This document shows positions 24,841 to 36,300 of a stretch of 64,000 nt of DNA, in pieces (positions within the stretch are counted from its first letter, which is position 1; each line of letters begins with the position of its first letter). Under the pieces are notes generated by a model that saw only the letters and a list, made by a program, of their open reading frames with translations, was not told where the DNA came from and made no database searches. The DNA comes from Octopus bimaculoides. Taxonomy: Eukaryota. The stretch covers positions 157,580,143-157,644,142 of the forward strand of contig NC_068983.1 in the NCBI RefSeq assembly GCF_001194135.2, given 5' to 3'. A program made the translations under genes and the position numbers.

Positions 24841-24975
24841 AAGTAGTTGTATGCTGTCAACTTAATGTGACAGTCCCCTGTTGGTTAGACCTAGGAAGCT
24901 GCACTAGGTCTAACCAACACTAGTATTATTCCCTTCAGGGGACTGTCACATTAAGTTGACAGCATACAACTACTT
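24841..24975. repeat. Perfect nested inverted repeat
   Basis: 24841-24880 is the exact reverse complement of 24936-24975. 24881-24894 is the exact reverse complement of 24904-24917. Confidence 0.95.
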
Positions 24976-25140
24976 CATCATATCACTACTGCATAAATCT
25001 CTCTGAGAGATTTAGAAATGTATTATTTCTTGATTTTTTTTTTGTTTGAATTTACTACTTTGTAATAAAAATGTTTTGCATCTTTTTTACTTTTATACAT
25101 TTATTTAAAACTATATATACATATTGTTTTGTTTTTTCAG

Positions 25141-25209
25141 GTACATGACAGCTGCAAGGAATATCTGCTTCCATTTCTCAAACAGCAGAGTTTGAAAGCT
25201 CAATTATAA
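25141..25209 (+). CDS. ACOX1: ACOX1-like terminal coding exon
   Basis: ttttttcag|GTA CAT GAC... translates VHDSCKEYLLPFLKQQSLKAQL then TAA. PTS1-like end. AATAAA occurs about 470 bp downstream. Confidence 0.9.
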   Translation, partial: VHDSCKEYLLPFLKQQSLKAQL

Positions 25210-25972
25210 AGGAAAATTTTATATTTTAATCTTTACAAAATTATAATTCCTTTATACTTTGTCTACTCATTTACCTGGTGCTATAGAATCTGTTTCATAA
25301 AAATACTGCATACAGTACATATTTTCATTGTGATATTTCTGGTTTCCTGACGGATTTGTTAATGAGGAAAAATTTTTTGAACTGTTCTTTCAATGGAAAG
25401 ATTTTCTATGAAAAGCCAACATATAAGTGGAATGAATGAAACTGATTATAACTATTTTAATTAATTTCAAATTATTTTCATGATTGTAATTAATTTCTTC
25501 ATCAAATTTAATTATATTATTCAAACTAAAATTTACAAAACCATATTTAAAAAATATAATTGCTTAGATATATGTTAATTTCATCATACAAAACCAATAT
25601 TTGATCAGAACAATTGGGAGCAACTTGAAATTGAAAAGATTTCATCTAATTCAAAGACACCCTATAATTAATAGAATAAACATAATTAATTAATAAAAAA
25701 AATTTTATTTTTACGTTTGTAAGTATATATGAAACAAGTAACAGTAATAATAATAATAATAGTTTCAAATTTTGGCACAATGTTAGCAGTTTTGGAGCAA
25801 GGCATTTACTTGATTACATAGACTCCAGTGCTCAACTAGTACATATTTTGTTGACCCTGAAAGGATGAAAGTCATAGACAACCTTGGAAGCGTTGAAACC
25901 CAGAATGTAAAGCCAGAAGAAACACCACTACGGATTTTGTCTAATATACTAACAATTCTAGTTCACTGCCTT

Positions 25973-26010
<38 letters not shown>

Positions 26011-26784
26011 ATAATAATAATAATAATAATAATAATAGCTATCTTTAAAATTAATAATTATAAAGAGATTGATGCAATAAGTACCAGACTTAAAAGATAA
26101 GTATTAGGGTCAATTTTTTTTACTGAACCATTCGAAGCAGTGCCCCAGCATAGCTGCAGCCCATTGACTGAAACAAGAAAGAGATAAAATGGTATTATGC
26201 AAAGTCAGAGCAAATAACCAAATGTTTCTCACTGGTATGCATTGTGTTGCTCATATGCCAATGTCCAGTGACCATACACATTGCTATATATACAAACAAA
26301 TCATGTAAGAGACTTGCCATATGTCTGAAAGCATTAATTGTTACAAAATTTTGAGTCTTGATTAAGTAATATGCTATTAAAAGTTACAATAAAAAAAAAA
26401 ACATAAATAGAATATTTTTTGTTAATTACTCAAGAAAAAATGTTTTTGCCACCATGGCAGTCAGAATTAATTACAGGGATATGTTGACATTTATTTCCTG
26501 TTTATTTTGCACACGTTTCAGAAATATCTGATATTTTGACAATCCTATTTTTCTATGCCAATAAATATTTTTGTATATCTACTCAGTATTTTGTTTTACT
26601 ATCACTACAATGAAAGGAGTGGAATCTCATAAAACTGGAAAAACAAACAACAACAACTGGGTTTACCTTATAATGAAATTCTTTTAAGAACATTCAAATG
26701 CCACTGCAATGTTGAAATTTGTAGTGAAACTACCTATCGCCATTATATACAAAACTACTATCGCCATTATATACAAACAAACCA

Positions 26785-28468
26785 TCTTCTCAATATTATA
26801 TATAAACAAGCGCGGGCGTAGTAGAAAACATCTTTCCCTGTCATCACGTGACTGATTATTATTTGAAGCGGCAACTGCTTCATACCATTCCCGCCAGAAT
26901 GCAAACTGACCAACCGTGGCCCCTAATAAGGTCACGTGATAGAGTATTTTTCTGATGCCTTTGGGAGCCTACCATCAACTATAAATAGCCTAAATTCAGC
27001 GGCAATATTTGTCTCGGTTCAGATCTCTTAGGGACCTGTTCCGTGTACCACACAGCAGCAGCAGTAGCCAGCGACAACAGGCACAGCTTCGTTCAACTAC
27101 AACAAGCACAGCAGCAACACGACTCTATGACTACTACCACCAGCATCGCCACCAGCGTCAACACCACTTCAGCTACGAACTACAAGATTCACCACCGACG
27201 TCGCCAACATAGTCAACACGACTTTCCACGTACACCAGCAACCAAACTACCGCGGCACATCTCTCTTCGATTCTGTTTGGTGATTCACCTTCACCACGAT
27301 AAATAACAGACAAGAACCTAGCCTGCGATGAACAACTGTATACAAGAACCCGGCTCGGCATGGAAGCCCTAACATCACGAGTGATCGCTCTGCCACACAC
27401 ACGCCTCAACTTCTTACATACAGACTCTTCCTATTGTGTACTCAACAAACCGGCAAATGCTCACACGTGTTACTGACTCTTTTTCTATCTGCTGTATATC
27501 ACACATTCACATACATGTATCACTTACACACACTCTTTTCTTTATACGACGGCCTGTCTTTTATTATGTTTTAATATGTCGCATTCACACTCACACACAG
27601 ACATACATTTTAATGTCANNNNNNNNNNTATGTCGCATTCACACTCACACACAGACATACATTTTAATGTCACAATAAATATTTCTGTTATTCATCTCAA
27701 TCGGTTGTGTTCTATCGTCTTTCATTACTGGTCATTTACTAAATCACTATGTTATCGAAGCATAACATATATATCTCATCTTTGATATAATTTTTGTGTT
27801 CGACCGTGTGACGCGTTTTAAATAAAAGGAGTCCTGTTTTTTTCCATTCGTCACCATTTCTCCTTTTGGGTTCGCACGGTCGTTCTTACAAATTGTTGCT
27901 ACATCATCAAGTACATGCTGAATGGAAATGACCAAGCTGCTGTTCAAATAAACAATGATAACGAAATTAATCAATATCTAATGGGCAGGTATATTGGACC
28001 ATTCAAACCAGTTGCATCCATTTTAGGATTTTCAATTCCTGAAAGAGTACCTGCAATAATGAGACTGCAAGTGCATCTCCCAGATGCACAAAGAATATTG
28101 CTCAGAAACTACGAGGATATACAGGGTTGTCAATGAACAGCATTAACAGAATTCTTTTCATTGTGCATCAATGATGACTTTGCAAAACTATTACTTTATG
28201 CTGAAGTACCCATTTATTTCACTTGGAACAGTAGTAACAAAGAATGGCAAAGAAGAAAGTGAAGAAAAAATGTTGAAGACCATTTGAATGTTTTCGAAGA
28301 AGAAACACTTGGTCGTGTTTATGTTGTGACACCAAAGGCAGGAGAACTGTGTTATTTGAGAATTTTATTGCACAAAGTTCAAAATAGTATTTTTTCCTTT
28401 ACTGCTGAATATCAACATTTTCAACTTGGAGTGGTTGTGACCCAGCGGGTCACGGCGGGAACATCTAG
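26785..28468 (+). mobile_element. Internally deleted Helitron with RepHel fragment
   Basis: A|TCTTCTC 5' end. Relic NEINQYLMGRYI...RLQVHLP...LLYAEVPIYFTW...LGRVYVVTPKAGELCYLRILLHKV at about 27915-28385. Hairpin GTGACCC-AGC-GGGTCAC lies 11 nt before the terminal CTAG. Confidence 0.85.
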
Positions 28469-31143
28469 TATCTTCTAATATAATAAAATGCTAAGTGTTG
28501 CCCCTGTTGATCACGCTGTACCTGCAGGGAAAGAAGAGTAAAACAACAGACGAAGTGGAAGTGTGTGACAGTGAGAGATATTCACTTGTTATGTGCTCAT
28601 AAATTAGTTTGATAGTTGANNNNNNNNNNNNNNNNNNNNNNNNNNNNNNNNNNNNNNNNNNNNNNNNNNNNNNNNNNNNNNNNNNNNNNNNNNNNNNNNN
28701 NNNNNNNNNNNNNNNNNNNNNNNNNNNNNNNNNNNNNNNNNNNNNNNNNNNNNNNNNNNNNNNNNNNNNNNNNNNNNNNNNNNNNNNNNNNNNNNNNNNN
28801 NNNNNNNNNNNNNNNNNNNNNNNNNNNNNNNNNNNNNNNNNNNNNNNNNNNNNNNNNNNNNNNNNNNNNNNNNNNNNNNNNNNNNNNNNNNNNNNNNNNN
28901 NNNNNNNNNNNNNNNNNNNNNNNNNNNNNNNNNNNNNNNNNNNNNNNNNNNNNNNNNNNNNNNNNNNNNNNNNNNNNNNNNATCTATGTGTGTAACAATT
29001 TTAGAGTTCGGATTCTAGAGTTAGGGTTAGTTTTAGGGTTAGGGTTAGAGTTAACAGTCTAGTTAGGGTTAGGGGATTAATACGATATACACCGTTACAG
29101 CGCTAACTGTTTTCAACTGAATAGACGTCAGTGATTAGTAGAAATTATCGAAATAAGACAATTTTTTACATGAAATAAATTCGAATACAAATATTTTTTT
29201 CTGTTCTATAACACAAAATAGATAAGTATACGAAGTTTGAAAGTCTTTCGGTACCAAAAACAGTACATAAAACATAAATGAAAACTGGTGCCCCCGTTTT
29301 GAAATAGATCCTTTTTTCCTTTACTGCTGCACATCAACATTTCCAACTTGGAGTGGTTGTGACCCAGTGGGTCACGGCGGGAACACCTAGTATCTTCTAA
29401 TATAATAAAATGCTAAGTGTTGCCCCTGTTGATCACGCTGTACCTGTAGGGAAAGAAGGGTAAAACAACAGACGAAGTGGAAGTGTGTGGCAGTGAGAGA
29501 TATTCACTTGTTATGTGCTCATAAATTAGTTTGATAGTTGAGCTGATTGGCTGTATGCAAATGAGTTCCTAACTAGGGTCCGGAACTCTCGTGGGAAAAA
29601 AAATTCGCCTCCAGGACATTACACTCTTGCATTTATCTCTGCTTTACCTCTCTCATCCACTTACCCTTGTTCTTTCTTCTATTCACCCCATTGATCAGAC
29701 TTGGCTTGAAAAACAAAAAAAAACAACACAGAGTAAAAAGGACTCTTTAATCTCACAGGGAATAAGGCATGTTCTTTAATGTTGGTATCATGATAAAATG
29801 TACCGTACACTCTGCTAAGTAGTTGGTGTTAGGAATGGAGACAATGTAGGGTAGACAACTTCTCTAGTGCTTGCATTATGATAACATGCATCCAACACAT
29901 TCATGTAATGACGTCCAGCTATAGAAACCATGCCTCAGACTCATCAAATTCCAAATAAGTACTGACATGGCCCATGAAGATTTGTCTAACCCTTACCAGC
30001 ATGGAAAGCAGACGGAAGATGATGGTGGTGGTGGTGATAACGAGGGTGACGATGGTGAAAAGTTTTGCTAAAACTCGCTTTTCAAACAAATTTGAAAGCC
30101 AGTTTTGTTGCATGGTTTCACATATAATTAAAAATTCTGCATTTATTTACAGCTGTCTGTATCCATGCATCAATGCGTATACTTACATAGGTAGACATAA
30201 GTATATGCACGCACGGTGCATATTCATTTAAACCTCTGCATACTGTATATCTTTGTATGTGCATCTATGCTGTGTATTTACCCTGATATATGCACACAAT
30301 CTATGTGCTTATCTGCATACACGTCTGCATGCGTATTAGTGTTTTACAATGCGCATGAGTATATGTACTTTTAATACATCTGCATGAATCCCCCCCCCCC
30401 CTGCCAATACACCCCACTACACAAACTTCAGTCTTCCAGTCCAGCATCAGCATGCCCTCTATTTCAGTTAAGAGGAGAATGAAAGAAAAAGAAAACTCCA
30501 CAAATCTATCTACCTCCCAACTCTACATCATTCAGTAACCCTAACTGACCTACTTAAGTCGACAAAAATTCTTTTCAACCTCACCTTAAAAATCCTTCTC
30601 CTAAAATAGGATTTTTTTGTTGTTCTCCTTCCTTATAAACAGCCTAACCCAAATTGATACACAAACACTTACAATAAAAAAAAAAATGAAAACAAAATAG
30701 AAACCCGACCACACTAATTCATGTCACGACCTTGACATCTCCAAGCCAAATGCATTGTTTAAAAATACCCTATTCGTTTCTCAGTTCTTCAATATTCAGA
30801 ATATTCCCATACCAGGATTAAATCACTGGTATTTTACAAGGCAGTGAACCATGCAATTCTCACAATAAATATTTATTCATTAACAATGTAATTTACATAA
30901 GAAAACGGACAGTAGGTAATAAAATTGGGTAAAAAGGACACAGACCTTCAGTTTTACACACTACTACAGGAAATACTAATACAGTTTTCAAGTCAATGTA
31001 AAACTCACTGTATAACCGCGATGAGGTAACCAAGGATGAGTTACTGAAACATAATACGAGCATCACCCGATAAGACAAGATACCAATGATGACAAAAGCT
31101 TCGTTGTCATTCGAGAATATCATGGTTTGAAATATATAATTTA

Positions 31144-31777
31144 CTAGCAAATTACATCTGACGAAGCATTCCCATTTACTAAATTAGCTCTGCTAATATA
31201 CGTAACGAAATTTTACGAGAAAGTTAATTCACCTAAAATCAGCGGAGGTAAAGATCATGGCCCGCACCCCCTTTGGGATTTTTTTTTTTACAGGAACACA
31301 CTATATTGAGGGTAGAGATTCCAAATCTGCAAAAGAACCCGCATTTCAAAATTTAAATTCCCCGCCCATTTCTTAAATTTTAACTTTTTTAAAAAATTCT
31401 TCTGAAAAAGAAAAAAAATTGTAAAATTTCAATTTATCAAAAAAAATAAACACCCACCTCCCATCCGCCCTATGACAAGAAATGAAATTAAAGCGTTTTC
31501 TCTACTAATGTTTCACGCATGCATAGAATTTATAAAATAGCAGATGCAAAAAGTATCTAAACAGAAAACCTGACATTCTAGAAATACGTTTTCAAAATTT
31601 TAATACGAATTACCAAAGAAAAAAAATTTCAGAACTCAAATCCCCCCCATTTCTTAATTTTTTTTCACTTATTTTAGAAATATTTTTGGGCGAAATACGT
31701 AGAAAAATACGGAGATCATGATTCTAAAAAAATTGCTGCATTATAATTTAGTGAGAAATCTATATAAAGTTTGTAGA
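31144..31777 (-). mobile_element. Probable non-autonomous Helitron
   Basis: Minus strand has A|TCTAC... at the 5' end and CTAG|T at the 3' end. The hairpin is degenerate. Confidence 0.5.
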
Positions 31778-32075
31778 TTAAAATTTGTCAGTGAAGGTAT
31801 GATATATAAAGCTTCTGTTGAAGGCTATGTTATATATACCTTTATCAATACAAACATTTTAGTTAAGATATAAATCTGGAATACAGTTCCCCATTTCAAT
31901 ACATATTCTGTCGGTATTAATATAATAATTCTTTCTACTATAGGTACAACAAATTCCTTCTACTACAGGTACAAGGCCTGAAATTTAGAGAAAGTGGTGG
32001 GGGTGCCTATTCGATAACAACTTTTTCACCAACCTCCCAAAGGGATGAAAGATCTCGGCAGTATCTGATATCAAA

Positions 32076-32310
32076 GGCGGCGAGCTAGCAGAAACGTTAG
32101 CATGCCGGGGGAACTGCTTAGCGGTATTTCGTTTGCCGTTACGTTCTGAGTTCAAATTCCGCCGAGGTCGACTTTGCCTTTCATCCTTTCAGGGTCGATA
32201 AATTAAGTACCAGTTACGTACTGGCGTCGATGTACTCGACTTAATCCCTTTGTCTGTCCTTGTTTGTCTCCTCTGTGTGTAGCCCCCTTGTGGGCAATAA
32301 AGAAATACGA
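32076..32310 (+). mobile_element. tRNA-headed SINE with 13-bp TSD
   Basis: TSD ATCTGATATCAAA at 32063-32075 and 32311-32323. The B-box-like GAGTTCAAATTCC is present. Its 3' part recurs at about 1381-1497. Confidence 0.85.
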
Positions 32311-33266
32311 ATCTGATATCAAAACGTAAAGACAGACGAAGAAATGTAAAGCATTTTGCCCGGTGTACTAATGATTCTGCCAGCTCACTGCCTTGGTTTA
32401 ATGTAACTATAGAGCTAAGTCGAAGACCTTCCCATAATGAAGACTCAACAGAGGTCCCATATATAACGGAAATAAATCTTAACCGGAAATGCCGGTAGAA
32501 TGCTGGGATCGTTGCCAATTTCAGTGTTTATCTCAAGAGAAAGCTTTCTTGTGTTTATTTTTATTTCACAAATATTTTATATTTTCTTTGCCCTACGTGT
32601 CTACACTGACTTTATTATTTTGGTAAGCGCAAACCTAATTAAGTGATACTTGCATATTTAAAAGTTTACCTCACATAGGTAAGTTATGTGCTGCAAGCTC
32701 GTTTTAAAAAAGTTTCTTGCTTGTAACACCTTTCACATTTAAATGTAACACGGTTAACTGTCATATGTACATTGCAATTGTTCTGTTTATGTAATATAGA
32801 CAAAATTTGATTTTCACTTTGGTTTGGTGCAAAAGCTTTCAGTTTTACAAAAGAAAATAATTATAGAAAAACACTAGGTATTTGTTGACTTTAGAATGTG
32901 AAAACTTTACATTATATTTCGTTTTTGGATTTGGTTTGCAAGATTTTTTATGTGATTTCGTGTGTTGAAGCATATTCTGGACAGTCAAGACTATTGATAA
33001 AGTTGCAAAACGCAAAGAAAATTTTAGGAAAATAAATAGAAAAATAAGTGGAAATTTTACCGTGAGTGTGTTAAATTTTAAGGCACAATAAGAAAATGAC
33101 TCTCCCCAGACACAACAGAATTTACATTATATCTTATTTAAAATATATTCATCTATTATTGGCATAACGGCGATCTTACCGTAAGATCGCCGGCATAGCT
33201 ACACAAGCCCCCCCCCCCACTTACTATAAATACATATTTAAAATAAAAACACGTCCATAAAAATTG

Positions 33267-33375
33267 AAGGTAAAGAATACGTACACCACCGATTTTCGGC
33301 GTAACAAAAACCCTATCCCCTAAAACTAATCCTAAACCTAAACCCTAACTCTCGGGTGTACGTATTCTTTACCTT
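33267..33375. mobile_element. 109-bp mini-MITE with 21-bp TIRs and telomere-like core
   Basis: AAGGTAAAGAATACGTACACC pairs with GGTGTACGTATTCTTTACCTT, enclosing degenerate CCCTAA repeats. Confidence 0.65.
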
Positions 33376-36300
33376 TGCCCAAAGATTAATATAAAGTCCA
33401 CAAATCGAAAGATTTTGTCTCGTCATTTCGGTTTCTTAGAGCTTTTAAACGAAGTCAAAGTGAAAATCATGTTTTGTTATTTTGTGGTTGTGGTGAGGTG
33501 TATTTATATAGTTCTGTCTGTTAATGCAAGTGCTGTTTGTCTATTTGTGTGTATGTTGATGTGGGTAATGAGATTTTTGACCTTACAATGGATCTATGGG
33601 GATTTTTTCCCCTCCAGTTGCACTCATTGTTTTAACTATTCATTTACAGATTTGTGACGAAAATGAATTGTAACGGTTTTTAATAAAACCGTTACGAGGG
33701 AGTTTCGGATCAGGATGCCGAAATAAGTTGGATTTCTCTGTTTTGTTACGTGAGCTATCTATCTATCTATCTATCGTAGTCATTTCATATTCTTTTATTG
33801 GAGTGAATTCGAATTACAGCTGTTTCCGATAGTCATTATAGCTTGATTGATTTACTCATTAATGAAGGAACGGTTGAAAAAAATTTGGATCTTTTTGTTT
33901 GGCTTTCACTTTTCAATTTCTTCCAATTGATTTCAAATTTGGTGTGTTGATGTAGTTTTACACCTATTTGAATATTTAATTTTTTTATTTCCCACCGGGT
34001 CAAACCCTTTAGTTTGACCTTTGACCCGGTGACAAAAAATTTTAAAAAATAGTTATTTAAAGTCGTTCAATTTTTGGATTTCATCTGTTTGCCTTCAGGT
34101 TTTGAAATTTTTTAATTAAATGAAAATTTTCAAATTTGAATTACCCAAAATTTGCAAACTTTAGGAAGGAATTTCAACCATGTTTCGTGGTCTGCTACCA
34201 CAACAGCTCCTTTATAGGATCCAGTTAGCTCAAGACATCATTAGGAGGAACCACGTCCGGTTTCGGCCCCTACTCCCCTACCGTTTTGACGGTAGTTATT
34301 AACTATTTATTTATAGATTTGTAACGAAAATGGATTGTACTTCAATAATTAGCACGCTTTAATTTGAACCCTAATGCTTTCCTCTTCGGAGTCGTGACGT
34401 TTCCAAAGAATAGGGTCGGAATGTATCTCATGCGCTCAAGTCGTAATTTCTTCAGCTGTGTATGTTTTAAATATCTGAGATTAAGATTTTGCCAAAAATG
34501 GCACGGGAGGGGATGCCTCTGTTTTTCCGTAACGTCTCAGTTTTGACAGGTTTTGAAAATCATTTACAAACAGTATGTAACATGTCAAGAAGCCTGGACA
34601 TCCGTTCGAGGCAGACTGCAAGCAAATCGCATATACGTACACACGTATGCTCATTCACTGTTTTCAGTCATTGGGCAACAGCCGTATAGGGCTATCACAA
34701 TCAAGTGTTCAGTTGAACACACTAATCCTAGAACTTTGCAGTATATTCTGCAATGGAGCCCTTATTTTAGTCTGTTACTTATTTTACTGATCTCTATTTA
34801 TGAAGTGCTAATTTAAATTATGACATGTTTCAGTTCTTAACTCCTTACACTCTGAGGGGGCCAGGCCACATCCAGGTCATGACTCTTTGATACTCCTCTG
34901 TCATTTTTGTACTACTGTTTAGGTTCAAACTTGCACCTTGAAGGTGATGAGGTACCTCAAAGCCAAGTTGCTTTTCTGATAGATGTTGTAACCATTTTGC
35001 TATTAGATACCAATTATATAATGAAAAAGTACTTCTGAAATTCACTTTGACCTGATCCAGTAAGATCTCCTTTTGGTTGCTTCTCCTTTTGGTATTCTTC
35101 TCAGAAATTGGGAGCTGTGTCATTAGATCATAGGCAGATTTGCATACAAACCCTTTTAATCACTAGCATGACTAGAGTGTGTGTCACCTGGGCAGCCCTT
35201 CCATTTGCCATCCCCAGACCCCACGCAAATCACATATTGCTTACAGGCAATAGTCTGCAACAGGATGAAAAGCCCCCCCCCCCCGCAATGCTATAGTGAG
35301 GGATTTTGGCTTTGAAGCCAGATTCTCTAAACTGTCATACTTCTCAGTCTTTTAAATGTGGACTTTCTCCATTCTACTTTCAAATGTTACAGTGAGTTAA
35401 GTCAGAATCATTTGATTTATGTGAATGGAGTAACTATGTTCAGTCTCTTACCACTCTTGTCCTTGATTTCTGAGTTTTTTCCACTTTACAAGATTTGCTG
35501 TGCACTCCTAATCTATCTAGTAGATTCTGCTTCCATGATTCAACACAGCTGTTCCAGGTCACAGTTTTCTGCTACCTTCTAGTGGTGTGGACTTTTTTGC
35601 TCATGTTACAAATCACACATATGCTCTTTTTAAGCACTTGGTTCTGCTTCCATATGTAACTCCTTTGGGCAAACACCAATTTGCATGAGCTCAATGTATA
35701 CTCTGCTGTTTGTTTTGACAGAATAGGCACTCAGGGTTGGTTAATTTTACCCATTTCATCAGGTTTGTATTCCAGGACAGGTCATATTTACAGATCTGAG
35801 GATGAAGCTAATTCTAAGAGGAGTCATGTCTCTTGTCATTCTGGCTAAGACACTTTCCCATGGCATCTTTTGTCCCTGTTGGCACTTTGGGGTTCTTCTG
35901 GTCTTCTATTCTTCCCTCATTTCCTTTATTATGTCCGTCTTTGTTTCCCTTTTGCTGTTTATCATCATTCCACTGAGCCCCTATTCCTATGTTATACATA
36001 TATCCTATTATTACTCTAATCTTGAAGCTGTCCTTTGTTGCCTCGACTGCTTCCTGTGTTTTCCATTTTCTTCTAGTTTCCAGTTGGGCTGGATTTGTTT
36101 TACAGTCTTGTCTCCCAAGTCCTCAAGCATACTTAAAGAGCTTTGCTTTTTCAGTTTAGTAGAAATTATGTATTGCAGAAATAATGTGCATGTAAATAAT
36201 CAACTAAATGATTAGGTACAACTCACAGATCCATTTCTCCAGTTATACTATAACTCCACTTAGCTGAGAAACACATTGCATACTCCAGTATACAGTAATG

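Noticed and set aside
27569-27667. Short direct duplications either side of 10-N gaps (also 51772-51850)
   Set aside because: Identical flanks around fixed 10-N spacers are typical unmerged contig overlaps.
34200-34700. Possible promoter or first exon of the membrane-protein gene
   Set aside because: The region is CpG-enriched with small palindromes, but no exon can be fixed from sequence alone and it may be TE-derived.
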